Below are positions 1-9,697 of a DNA stretch of 64,000 nt, one piece after another. Source of the DNA: an uncultured Acidobacteriota bacterium (lineage in GTDB: Bacteria > Acidobacteriota > Thermoanaerobaculia > UBA5066 > Gp7-AA6); the NCBI GenBank assembly GCA_963764715.1, contig CAVXTP010000001.1, forward strand, positions 37,532 through 101,531, given 5' to 3'. A model generated the notes under the pieces. The model worked only from the letters and a program-made list of their open reading frames with translations, ran no database searches and was not told the origin of the DNA. The translations under genes were made by a program, and so were the position numbers. The first letter of the stretch is position 1; every line of letters begins with the position of its first letter.

Positions 1-1911
1 CGCTCCCCCGCCCTCGCCCGACTCGACGAACGCGAACCACGAGCCGTCGGCGGCGATGTCGCGCACGCCGGACCAGTCGAGCCACGAGAGATCCTTTTCG
101 CCCCTGTCGCCCGGGGCGTAACCGAGGATGCCCGACCGCAGTGTGTCGTGCGCGACGAGAACGCGCCCGTCCCGGGCCACGTCGTGGAGAGTCAGGTTGC
201 CGGTCACGCGGGCGAGCACCCGCGTCCGACCCGAGAGGCTCGCGGCGTAGATGCTGCGATTCCCGCCGACCTCGGCGGCCGTAAACCACACCTCGCGGCC
301 GCCCGGGGGCCACGCGAGGCCGCCCGCCGTGGAGAACTCGCGCGCCAGCGTCGTCATCTTCCCGGCCCGGTCGATCACGGCCACCGATCCCCCGTCGTCG
401 CCGATGGAAGGATGGTTGATGAAGGCCACGGAATCGCCGCCCGGCGAAACGCGCAGGTTGGTGATCCAGCCGTCGGTCTCGTAGAGCGTCTTGCCGATCG
501 GATATTCGACTCGGGTCTTGGATCCGACGGTGCGCACGATCGCGAGCGTCTGGCCGTCGGGAGCCCAGTCGGCGAACTGGACCTCCTCCTGGATCTCCCG
601 GGGCGTTCCCCCGCCCGTGATCCCGATGCGGGCGAGCGTGCCGGCCCGCTCGAACGGTCCGACGAAGTGTCGATTCAGGCCGACGGCCATCTCGCCGGAC
701 GACGAGATCGACAGGACGTCGGCTCCCACGAGCCCGAACGGCCGGGCCTCGGGGCTCTCCAACCGGCTCACGTAGATTTCGACCGGCCTCCCCTCCCAGG
801 CCGCGGAGTAGATGATGGTCTGGCCGTCGGGCGCGAAGCGCGCCGTGAAGATCTCGCCGCGCTGGAAGGTCAGCTCCCGGAAGGACGGCGGGGTCGTCGC
901 GCCCGCCTTCTTCCCGCCGGCGAACGCGGCGGCGCCGACGATCGCGGCGAGGGCCAGGGCGGCGAGGATCCACGGCCAGGCCCGCCGGCCCGATCGGACC
1001 GCCGCCGTTGCCGCGGCCGTCTGATCGGTCGACGTCGAGAACGACGCTTCCGAGAGATGGTCGCGCACGTCCGCGAGATCGCGCGCGAGGTCCTTCGTCG
1101 TGCCGAACCGGTCCTCCGGGTCCTTCGCGAGGCAGCGCTCGACGAGCCAGCGCACGGGCGAGGGCACCTTCGGGTTGAGCTGCCCGAGAGGCGCCGGCTC
1201 CTCGCGGATGATCGCCGTCATCGTCTCCGCCGTCGTCGCCCGCTCGAAGGCGCGCTTGCCCGTCGCGAGCTCGTAGACCATCGATCCGAAGGAGAACTGG
1301 TCGGAGCGAAAGTCGACCATCCGTCCGGACGCCTGCTCCGGCGACATGTAGCCGACCGTCCCCATGACCATGCCCGGCCGCGTCGGCTCTCCGACCGCCG
1401 TCTTCAGGGCCGAGACCTCCTGGTCCTCGGGCGTGATGAGCTTGGCGAGGCCGAAGTCCAGGATCTTCGCGAACCCGTGCTTGGAGACCATGACGTTCTG
1501 CGGCTTCAGGTCGCGATGAACGATTCCGGCGGCGTGGGCCGCGGCGAGCCCGTCGGCGATCTGCACCGAAATCTCGAGGAGCTTCTTGACCGGCACGGGG
1601 CCGGCCGCCGAGAGGTCCTTCAGCGTCCCGCCCTCGACGAGCTCCATCGCGATGTAGACGTTCGACTCGTGGGTGCCGATGTCGTAGATCGTCAGGATGT
1701 TCGGGTGCGAGAGCGCCGAGGCCGCCCGGGCCTCCCGCTCGAAGCGGGACCGGCGCTCCGGGTCCGAGGCGAGCTCGGGAGGCAGCACCTTGACGGCGAC
1801 GTCGCGTTTCAAACGCTCGTCGCGCGCGCGGTAGACCTCCCCCATCCCGCCGGCCCCGATGGGCGCGACGATTTCGTAGGGTCCGAGCTTCGTTCCGGCG
1901 GCGAGGGTCAT
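1..1911 (-). CDS. Ser/Thr protein kinase with TM helix and TolB/PD40-like beta-propeller (3' part runs off window)
   Basis: Manual translation from ATG at 1911 gives [27 protein letters not shown]...HRDLKPQN...DFG...GTVGYMSPEQ, then a hydrophobic helix and FRELTFQRGEIFTARFAPDG, as in the neighbouring paralogs. Confidence 0.92.
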   Translation of the reverse strand, partial: MTLAAGTKLGPYEIVAPIGAGGMGEVYRARDERLKRDVAVKVLPPELASDPERRSRFEREARAASALSHPNILTIYDIGTHESNVYIAMELVEGGTLKDLSAAGPVPVKKLLEISVQIADGLAAAHAAGIVHRDLKPQNVMVSKHGFAKILDFGLAKLITPEDQEVSALKTAVGEPTRPGMVMGTVGYMSPEQASGRMVDFRSDQFSFGSMVYELATGKRAFERATTAETMTAIIREEPAPLGQLNPKVPSPVRWLVERCLAKDPEDRFGTTKDLARDLADVRDHLSEASFSTSTDQTAAATAAVRSGRRAWPWILAALALAAIVGAAAFAGGKKAGATTPPSFRELTFQRGEIFTARFAPDGQTIIYSAAWEGRPVEIYVSRLESPEARPFGLVGADVLSISSSGEMAVGLNRHFVGPFERAGTLARIGITGGGTPREIQEEVQFADWAPDGQTLAIVRTVGSKTRVEYPIGKTLYETDGWITNLRVSPGGDSVAFINHPSIGDDGGSVAVIDRAGKMTTLAREFSTAGGLAWPPGGREVWFTAAEVGGNRSIYAASLSGRTRVLARVTGNLTLHDVARDGRVLVAHDTLRSGILGYAPGDRGEKDLSWLDWSGVRDIAADGSWFAFVESGEGGGA

Positions 1912-1938
1912 GGAGAGCGGGGGGATTCTACCGGAGGC

Positions 1939-4518
1939 CTATTTCAGGCCTTCGACGAGCTGGAGATAGGACAGAACCCGCAAATAGCTGTACGCGTAGA
2001 AGCTGCCGTCGGGAGTGCACACGAAACGGCTGGCGCCCGCGAGGCCCGCGGCGTCGGCGGGCGAAACTTCCTTCCAGAGGTCGAGCCGGCCCGTGACCGG
2101 GTCATACCGCCAGACCTGCATCGGAAGTCGGTTGGCGTCCTGCACGAAGAGGCTCCGCCCGTCCGGCGCCCAGCGGATGGGGCGATGGTTGGAGGTCAGG
2201 CCCGGGAGCGCGGTGGGCTCGCCGCCCCCGACGGCGTAAAGATAGATCCGCTGGTCCGGGCCGCTCACGACGACGGACTTTCCGTCGGGCGTCACGGTTC
2301 CCCGGAAAAGCGAATAGCCTTCCGGCGAAATGGCGCGCGCTTTCGCTCCCGCGATGTCCCGCACGTACAGCCGCGTTCCCCGGCCGGCCTCGGACGCGGT
2401 AAAGATCAGCGTCTTCCCGTCGGGAAGAAAGTCGGCGTTGAACACGTCGAGCCCGTCGTGCGAAAGAGCCCGGGGCTCGCCCACGCTCGTGGGAAGCAGG
2501 TGAATCTGCGGGGTGGCCGTGTGCGTGATTGCGATCGCCCAAGCGCCGTCGGGCGAGAACGCCTCGGTGGAGCCGTCGCCGATTCGCACCGCCGGAGTGC
2601 CGTCGAAGCCCCGAAGGTATGAGGAGTAGGCGGGACCGCCGCCCTCTCCCGACTCCGTAATGAGGATCTTGCTCCCGTCGGAGCGAATGTCGGTCACGAG
2701 GGAGTAGTCGAGCCACGAAAGCTCCCGCTCCTTGGCATCGCTCGGCCCCCGCGCCAGAATCCCGAGCCGGGCGCTCTCGTTGGTCATCAACACCCGCCCC
2801 TGCTGAGAAATGTCGCGGATCGTGCTGATGCCCGGCACGCGCCCGACCAGGCGCACCTTCCCGGACAGCGTCACGCCGTGGACGGCCCGGTTGAAGCCGC
2901 CCACGGCCGCCGTGTACCAGATCTCGCTGCCGTCCGGCCTCCAGACGAGGCCCTGGGCCGTCGCATAGAGAGGCGACACGTCCCGCTTCTTCCCGGCCCG
3001 ATCCACGACGGAGACGACCCCCCCGTCGTCGTTGGGGACCTGATGGTCGAGGAAGGCGACGAGCCCCCCATCCGGAGAGATCCGAGGGTGGCTGATCCAG
3101 CCCGAGGTTTCGTAGAGCACCTTCCCGATCGGATACTCCACGCGACACTTCGCGCCGACGTCCCGCACGATCGCCAGGTCCTTCCCGTCGGGAGACCAGT
3201 CCGCGAACTGGACGTCGTCGAGGATGTCGCGCGGAGCGCCCCCGGCGATCGATATCCGGGCGAGCCGGCCCGTCGTCACGAAAGCTTTCGAGCGACGGGG
3301 AGCGAGCTTGATCGCCATCTCGCCGGCCTTCGAGATGGCGAGCACCTCGGCGGGGGGCAGGCCGAAGGGCCGCGATTCCGGGCTTTCCGGTCGGTTGATG
3401 AAGATCTCGAAGGGCGCCCCTTCCCAGGCGGCGGAATAGACGACCGTCTGGCCGTCCGGGGCGAAGAGCGAGCCCGCGACCTCGCCGCGCGAGAACGTGA
3501 TCTGGTGAAACTCGGGCGGTTCGACGACGCCGGCCTTCTTGCCGGCGGAGTAGAGGAACGGCGCGGCGATGGCCGCGCCGAGGACCGCCGCGAGGATCAG
3601 CGCCGGCCAGGGCCGCTTCTTCCCGGCCGACGGCAGGGCGCGCACGCCGGTCGTCGTCCCGGAGACGCCGGAGAGCGCCTCGAGGTCGAACGCGACGTCG
3701 CGCGCCGACTCGAACCGCTCCTCCGGGTTCTTCTCCAGGCAGTGCCGCACGATCCGGTCGAGGCCCGGATGCACCTCCTTGTTCGTCGCGGACAGGTCGG
3801 GCGGCTCCTTGGTCAGGATCGCCGTGATCGTATCGGCCGCCGTGTCCCCGCGGAATGCGCGCTGGCCCGAGAGCATCTCGTACAGGATCGTCCCGAACGC
3901 GAAGATGTCGGACCGGCGGTCGGCGGCCTTCCCGCGCACCTGCTCGGGCGCCATGTAGCCCATCGTGCCGAGGACGACGCCGGGCTCGGTGCCGCCCGAG
4001 ACGGTGTTCATGTCCGTCTGGCCGTGCTCGTCCCGCTCGGTCTTCAGCTTCGCCAGTCCGAAGTCGAGGATCTTCACCCGCCCGTCCTTCGTCAGGAAGA
4101 GGTTCTCGGGCTTGAGGTCCCGATGCACGATCCCCTTCTCGTGCGCGGCCGCGAGACCCCGCGCCATCTGGACGGCGTACTCGATGGCCTTCCGCACCGG
4201 GAGCGAGCCCGTCAGCAGCCGCGCCCGCAGCGTTTCGCCTTCGAGGAGCTCCGTCACGATGTAGGGCGCGCCCGCGTGCATTCCGAAGTCGTAGACCGCG
4301 GTGATGCCCGGATGGTTCAGCACGCCCGCCGCCCGCGCCTCCTGCTCGAAGCGCTTGAGGCGGTCGGGGTCCTGCGAGAAGGTCGCGGGCAGCACCTTGA
4401 TCGCCACGTCGCGCCCCAGCCGCGGATCCTTCGCCCGGTAGACCTCGCCCATGCCGCCCGCGCCGATCGGCGCGAGGATCTCGTAGGGACCGAGCTTCGA
4501 TCCGGCGGAAAGCGTCAC
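1939..4518 (-). CDS. Ser/Thr protein kinase-TM-beta-propeller (PD40/TolB-like)
   Basis: [29 protein letters not shown] motifs; TM segment; repeated WSPDG/SPDG blades. Confidence 0.95.
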   Translation of the reverse strand: MTLSAGSKLGPYEILAPIGAGGMGEVYRAKDPRLGRDVAIKVLPATFSQDPDRLKRFEQEARAAGVLNHPGITAVYDFGMHAGAPYIVTELLEGETLRARLLTGSLPVRKAIEYAVQMARGLAAAHEKGIVHRDLKPENLFLTKDGRVKILDFGLAKLKTERDEHGQTDMNTVSGGTEPGVVLGTMGYMAPEQVRGKAADRRSDIFAFGTILYEMLSGQRAFRGDTAADTITAILTKEPPDLSATNKEVHPGLDRIVRHCLEKNPEERFESARDVAFDLEALSGVSGTTTGVRALPSAGKKRPWPALILAAVLGAAIAAPFLYSAGKKAGVVEPPEFHQITFSRGEVAGSLFAPDGQTVVYSAAWEGAPFEIFINRPESPESRPFGLPPAEVLAISKAGEMAIKLAPRRSKAFVTTGRLARISIAGGAPRDILDDVQFADWSPDGKDLAIVRDVGAKCRVEYPIGKVLYETSGWISHPRISPDGGLVAFLDHQVPNDDGGVVSVVDRAGKKRDVSPLYATAQGLVWRPDGSEIWYTAAVGGFNRAVHGVTLSGKVRLVGRVPGISTIRDISQQGRVLMTNESARLGILARGPSDAKERELSWLDYSLVTDIRSDGSKILITESGEGGGPAYSSYLRGFDGTPAVRIGDGSTEAFSPDGAWAIAITHTATPQIHLLPTSVGEPRALSHDGLDVFNADFLPDGKTLIFTASEAGRGTRLYVRDIAGAKARAISPEGYSLFRGTVTPDGKSVVVSGPDQRIYLYAVGGGEPTALPGLTSNHRPIRWAPDGRSLFVQDANRLPMQVWRYDPVTGRLDLWKEVSPADAAGLAGASRFVCTPDGSFYAYSYLRVLSYLQLVEGLK

Positions 4519-7100
4519 TTCAAGCCCTCGACGAGATACAGGTCCGACAGCGTGCGCTGAAAGCTGTAGACGTAACCTGTGCCGTCCGGAGTGATGATGA
4601 TCGGCGCGATGTCGACGATCCCCGAACCGTCGGCCGGCATGACCTCGCGCACGAAGTCCTTCTTTCCGGTGCCGAGGTCCAGTCGAAACACGCGCCCGGG
4701 CAGATCGCGTCTTCGGAAGACGTAGAGGGATTTGCCGCCGGCTCCCCAGCCTGCAGGCGACTCGTCATCGGCGAGTCCCGGGACCGGAACGGGCTCGCCA
4801 CCGGCCATGGGATAGAAGTAGCGCTTCCGGTCGGGCCCGACGACCAGGACCCGGGTGCCGTCCGGCGTGACGCCTCGGGAGAACGACCGATACCCCTCCG
4901 GCGTCAGCGCCCGCGGTTTGCCGGCTTCGATCGGGATGACCCAGATCCGCGGGCCGTGCCCCGGCTCGTTCGCCGTGAAAACGATGCTCTTTCCGTCGGG
5001 GGTGAACGAGCTTCCGCCCTGGGTCTCGAGATCACCCGTCGCAAGGACCTTTTTCTCGCCGGCCCCCGTCGGGTAGAGGGTGATGGTGCGTTTCTCCCGA
5101 CCGACCTGGACCGCGGCCCATTGCCCGTCGGGGGAAAGCGCCTGGCCGCCACCCTCGCCGAGACGGACCGGGGGCGCGCCATCGGTGCTCCGAACGAAGG
5201 TCGAGTACGCCGGACCCGAGCCTTCGCCGGTTTCCGAAAAGAGAATCGTTTTCCCGTCGTCGGAAAGGTCGAAGAGCGAGGACCAGTCGAGCCACGTGAG
5301 CTCCTTCTCCCTGGCCTGGCCTTCCCTCCCCCCGAGGATCCCGATGCGGATCGAGTCGTGCGCGACGAGGACGCGCCCGTCCCGCGAAACGTCCTGGAGC
5401 GTGAGGCTCTGCGTCACCCGGGCGAGCAGGCGTTCGCCGCCGCTCAGCAGAAAGGCGTGAATCGCGCGATTGCCCCCCACCTTGGCTCCGGTGACCCAGA
5501 TCTCCTTCCCGTTCGGCGACCACGCGAGGCCGTATTCCGACGAGAACGCCCCGGCGAGCGACGTCTTTTTCCCGGCCCGGTCGACGATCGCGACCGACCC
5601 TCCGTCGTCGCCGCGCTGCGGATGGTCGAGAAAGGCGACGATTTTGCCGTCGGGAGAAACGCGCGCATGGCTGATCCAGCCGGCCGTCTGGTAGAGGACC
5701 TTCCCCGCGGGAAACTCGAGCTGGTTGCGCAGGTTCACGTCCCGAACGAGCGCCAGATCTTTCCCGCCCGGCCCCCAGTCCGCCCATTGCACTTCTTTGT
5801 GGATCTCGCGGGGAGCGACTCCGCCGCTCACGCCCACCTCGGCGAGCGTGCCGCTCCGGGTGAAGGGCCCGTCGTTGTGGCGGTCGAGCGAGACCGCCAT
5901 TTCGCCGGTCTCGGAGATCGCGAGAAGGTCCGCGCCGACGAGGCCGAACACGCGGGACTCGGGGCGGTCCGTGCGGGTCGAGAAGAGCTCGACCGGCCTT
6001 CCGTCCCACGCCGCCGCGTAGACCACGGTCTGGCCGTCGGGCGCGAACCTCGCGGAGTAGACCTCGCCCCGCCGGAACGTGAGCTGCTGGTAGTTCGGCG
6101 GCGGAACGTAACCCGCCTTCTTGCCGTACCGGTATCCGGCCGCGACGCCGGCCGCGAGGGCGAGCAGGGCGGCGAGAAGCGCCGGCCCGATCCAACGCGA
6201 GCGCTTCGCCACGACCGGGGTGAGGACGGCGCCCGTCTGCGAGGAGACGCTCGAAAGGGATTCCAGGTCGAACGCGACGTCCCGCGCCGACTCGAAACGC
6301 TCCTCCGGGTTCTTCTCGAGGCAGTGCCGCACGATCCGGTCGAGGCCGGGATGGATTTCCTTGTTGGTCTGCGAGAGGTCCGGCGGCTCCTTGGTCAGGA
6401 TCGCCGTGATCGTGTCCGCCGCCGTGTCCCCGCGGAACGCGCGCTGACCCGACAGCATCTCGTAGAGGATCGTTCCGAACGCGAAGATGTCCGACCGCCG
6501 GTCGGCCGTCTTGCCCCGCACCTGCTCCGGCGCCATGTAGCCCATCGTCCCCAGCACGACGCCCGGTGTCGTCCCGCCCGAGACGGTCTGCATGTCGGTC
6601 TGGCTGCCGTCGCCCTTCTCGGTCTTCAGCTTCGCGAGGCCGAAGTCGAGAATCTTCACCCGTCCGTCCTTCGTGAGGAAGACGTTCTCGGGCTTCAGGT
6701 CCCGGTGGATGATCCCCTTCTCGTGCGCCGCCGCGAGACCCTTCGCGAGCTGCACGGCATAGTCGACGGCCTTGCGGACCGGCAGCGAACCGGAGAGAAG
6801 GCGCGCCCGGAGCGTCTCGCCCTCGAGAAGCTCGGTCACGATGTACGGCGCATCGTCGTGCGTCCCGAAATCGTAGACCGCCGTGATGTTCGGGTGGTTC
6901 AGAAGGCCCGCGGCGCGCGCCTCCTGCTCGAAGCGCTTGAGGCGGTCCGGGTCCTGCGAAAACGACGCCGGGAGCACCTTGATCGCGACGTCGCGCGAAA
7001 GGCGCGGGTCCTTCGCCCGGTAGACCTCGCCCATCCCTCCCGCGCCGAGCGGCGAGAGGATCTCGTAGGGACCGAGCTTGTTTCCGGCGGAGAGCGTCAT
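4515..7100 (-). CDS. Ser/Thr protein kinase-TM-beta-propeller
   Basis: Same motifs; kinase domain nearly identical to 1939..4518; GTGA overlap with the next gene. Confidence 0.95.
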   Translation of the reverse strand: MTLSAGNKLGPYEILSPLGAGGMGEVYRAKDPRLSRDVAIKVLPASFSQDPDRLKRFEQEARAAGLLNHPNITAVYDFGTHDDAPYIVTELLEGETLRARLLSGSLPVRKAVDYAVQLAKGLAAAHEKGIIHRDLKPENVFLTKDGRVKILDFGLAKLKTEKGDGSQTDMQTVSGGTTPGVVLGTMGYMAPEQVRGKTADRRSDIFAFGTILYEMLSGQRAFRGDTAADTITAILTKEPPDLSQTNKEIHPGLDRIVRHCLEKNPEERFESARDVAFDLESLSSVSSQTGAVLTPVVAKRSRWIGPALLAALLALAAGVAAGYRYGKKAGYVPPPNYQQLTFRRGEVYSARFAPDGQTVVYAAAWDGRPVELFSTRTDRPESRVFGLVGADLLAISETGEMAVSLDRHNDGPFTRSGTLAEVGVSGGVAPREIHKEVQWADWGPGGKDLALVRDVNLRNQLEFPAGKVLYQTAGWISHARVSPDGKIVAFLDHPQRGDDGGSVAIVDRAGKKTSLAGAFSSEYGLAWSPNGKEIWVTGAKVGGNRAIHAFLLSGGERLLARVTQSLTLQDVSRDGRVLVAHDSIRIGILGGREGQAREKELTWLDWSSLFDLSDDGKTILFSETGEGSGPAYSTFVRSTDGAPPVRLGEGGGQALSPDGQWAAVQVGREKRTITLYPTGAGEKKVLATGDLETQGGSSFTPDGKSIVFTANEPGHGPRIWVIPIEAGKPRALTPEGYRSFSRGVTPDGTRVLVVGPDRKRYFYPMAGGEPVPVPGLADDESPAGWGAGGKSLYVFRRRDLPGRVFRLDLGTGKKDFVREVMPADGSGIVDIAPIIITPDGTGYVYSFQRTLSDLYLVEGLK

Positions 7101-7126
7101 TAAGGCGGCAGGATTCTAACCGCGAA

Positions 7127-9697
7127 TCACTTGACGCCGTCGACGAGGTAGAGGTCCGACAGCAGCCGGAAGTAGCCGTAGACGTAGGACTGGCCGTCGC
7201 TCGCCGGCCCAGGATTGATGTTCGAGACGCCTGCGGCGTCGGCCGGCATCAGCGTTCGCCAGAGCTCCTTCTTCCCCGTGGCGAGCTCCAGGCGGTAGGC
7301 CTTCGCCGGCACTTCGCTGCGTCGGTGAACATAGAGAAAGCGGCCGTCGGCGCTGCGCTGGTCGACCGAGTCGTCGTCGTCGAGCCCCGTTATGGGAGAA
7401 GGTTCTCCGCCAGCGAGCGGATAGAGGTAACGCCGTCGATCCGGGCCGCCGACGACGGTCCACTTTCCGTCGGGAGCGGTGACTCCGGCCAGCGAGTAGC
7501 CCTCCGGAGTCAGGGCCTTGGGCTTGCCGCCCGCCACGTCGAGCCGGAAGACCCGCGAGCCGCGGCCCGGTTCGGCCGCCTCGATGAGAACGCTCTTTCC
7601 GTCGGGGACCCACGCGGCTCCGAAAACCCTGAGGCCGTCGGTCTTGAAGACCTTCATCTCTCCCGCCCGGGTCGGATACGCAACGAGGCGGGGATCGGAG
7701 GACGTGCGCTGGATCGCCAGTGCCCACTCTCCGTCCAGCGACAGGTCCCGGGCTCCGCCCTCGCCCAGCCTCACGGCCGGAGAGCCGTCCGTCTTCCGTA
7801 TGTAGACGGAGTACCCGGCGCCTCCTCCCTCCCCTGTCTCGGAGAAGAGGATCGTCCGGCCGTCGGCGGCGATGGCGGCGCCGAGCGTCCAGTCGAGCCA
7901 GGTCATGTCGCGCTCCTTCGTCTCGCCCGGAGCCAGGCCGACCATCTCGGAACGAAGCGTGTCGCGCGTGACCAGCATGCGGCCTTCCCGCGAGATGTCC
8001 TGCAGCGTGAGGCATCCCGGCACCCCGGCGCGAAGCGCCGCCTTCCCCGAAAGGGTGGTCACGTAAAGAGCGCGGTTGCCCCCGACCTCCGTCGCCGTGA
8101 ACCAGATCCGCCCGTCGGCGCTCCATGCGAGACCCTGCGCCGACGCAAACGACTGCGAGGCTGTCCGCTTCTTCCCGGAGCGGTCGACCACCGCGATCGA
8201 CCCGCCGTCGTCCCCGGGCGTGGGATGGTCGTCGAAGGCCACGAGCTCTCCGTCGGGCGAAACGCGCAGGTGACTGACCCATCCGCTCGTCTCGTAGACG
8301 GTCTTGCCGACCGGGTACTCGATTCGGCTCTTTCCAGCTCCTCGGAGAGAGACGGCAAGGGCCTTGCCGTCGGGCGCCCAGTCCGCCCATTCCACCCCTT
8401 CGAGGATCTCGCGTGGCGCCGCGCCCCCCGCGACGGAGATCTGCGCGAGCGTTCCCTGGCGCCGGAACCCACTCACGGATCTCCGGTTGAGCGAAACGGC
8501 CATGTCCCCCGTTCGCGAGATCGCGAGGAGCTCCGCGCCGACGAGGCCGAACGGCCGCGATTCCGGGCTCTCGGGACGCCCCACGAAGATCTCCATGGGG
8601 CCGCCGTCCCAGGCGGAGGAGTACACGACCGTCTGGCCGTCGGGTGCGAAGCGCGCGGCGTAGATCGTGCCGCGGCGGAAGGTGAGCTGACGAAACGACG
8701 GCGTGTCGAACTTCACCGTGCCGCGGCCGAGGAAGAACGTCGCCGCCATACCCGCGACTGCGAGCGCGCCGACGAGGAGAAGCGCCCGGCGCGGCCGCGA
8801 CATCACGACCCCCTTCGCCGCCGCGGCGACCGCCGCCGGGGTCGACCCGGACAGCGCCTGGAGGTCGAACGCCAGATCGTGCGCCGAGTGGAAACGTTCC
8901 TCGGGGTTCTTCTCGAGGCAGTGGCGCACCACGCGCTCGAGGCCCGGCGCCACGTTCTTGTTCGTCGCGGAAAGGTCCGGCGGCTCCTCGCGCAGGATCG
9001 CCGACATCGTCTCGGCCGCGGTGTCGCGGTGGAAGGCGCGCGATCCCGAGAGCATCTCGTAGAGCACTGCCCCGAACGCGAAGATGTCCGAGCGAGCGTC
9101 CGCCGGCTTTCCCTTGACCTGCTCGGGCGCCATGTAGCCGAGCGTCCCGAGGACGACGCCGGGCTCCGTCCCGTCCGCCGTCGGAAGGTTGGTCTGGGGA
9201 TTCGTTTGATTTTCGGGCTGGGTCAGCTTCGCCAGGCCGAAGTCGAGGATCTTGACCCGCCCGTCCTTCGTCAGGAACAGGTTCTCGGGCTTCAGGTCGC
9301 GGTGGACGATGCCCTTCTCGTGCGCCGCCGCGAGACCGCGCGCGATCTGCGTCGCGTAGTCGGTGGCCTTGCGGACCGGCAGCGCTCCGCCCGAGAGGCG
9401 CGCGCGCAGCGTCTCCCCTTCGAGGAGCTCCGTGACGATGTACGGCGCGCCGTCGTGGGTGCCGAGGTCGTGGACGGCGGTGATGTTCGGGTGGTTGAGC
9501 CCGCCGGCCGTCTGGGCCTCCTGCTCGAAGCGCCGCAGCCGTTCCGGGTCGCCCGAGTACGACGCCGGCAGGACCTTGACGGCGACCTCGCGCTTCAAGC
9601 GCTCGTCGCGCGCCCGGTAGACCTCCCCCATCCCTCCGGCGCCGATCGGCGCGAGGACCTCGTAGGGCCCGAGCTTCGTTCCGGCGGCGAGGCTCAT
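7127..9697 (-). CDS. Ser/Thr protein kinase-TM-beta-propeller
   Basis: True start MSLAAGTKLGPYE at 9697 (ATGA overlap with upstream gene); full Hanks motifs; SPDG repeats. Confidence 0.95.
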   Translation of the reverse strand: MSLAAGTKLGPYEVLAPIGAGGMGEVYRARDERLKREVAVKVLPASYSGDPERLRRFEQEAQTAGGLNHPNITAVHDLGTHDGAPYIVTELLEGETLRARLSGGALPVRKATDYATQIARGLAAAHEKGIVHRDLKPENLFLTKDGRVKILDFGLAKLTQPENQTNPQTNLPTADGTEPGVVLGTLGYMAPEQVKGKPADARSDIFAFGAVLYEMLSGSRAFHRDTAAETMSAILREEPPDLSATNKNVAPGLERVVRHCLEKNPEERFHSAHDLAFDLQALSGSTPAAVAAAAKGVVMSRPRRALLLVGALAVAGMAATFFLGRGTVKFDTPSFRQLTFRRGTIYAARFAPDGQTVVYSSAWDGGPMEIFVGRPESPESRPFGLVGAELLAISRTGDMAVSLNRRSVSGFRRQGTLAQISVAGGAAPREILEGVEWADWAPDGKALAVSLRGAGKSRIEYPVGKTVYETSGWVSHLRVSPDGELVAFDDHPTPGDDGGSIAVVDRSGKKRTASQSFASAQGLAWSADGRIWFTATEVGGNRALYVTTLSGKAALRAGVPGCLTLQDISREGRMLVTRDTLRSEMVGLAPGETKERDMTWLDWTLGAAIAADGRTILFSETGEGGGAGYSVYIRKTDGSPAVRLGEGGARDLSLDGEWALAIQRTSSDPRLVAYPTRAGEMKVFKTDGLRVFGAAWVPDGKSVLIEAAEPGRGSRVFRLDVAGGKPKALTPEGYSLAGVTAPDGKWTVVGGPDRRRYLYPLAGGEPSPITGLDDDDSVDQRSADGRFLYVHRRSEVPAKAYRLELATGKKELWRTLMPADAAGVSNINPGPASDGQSYVYGYFRLLSDLYLVDGVK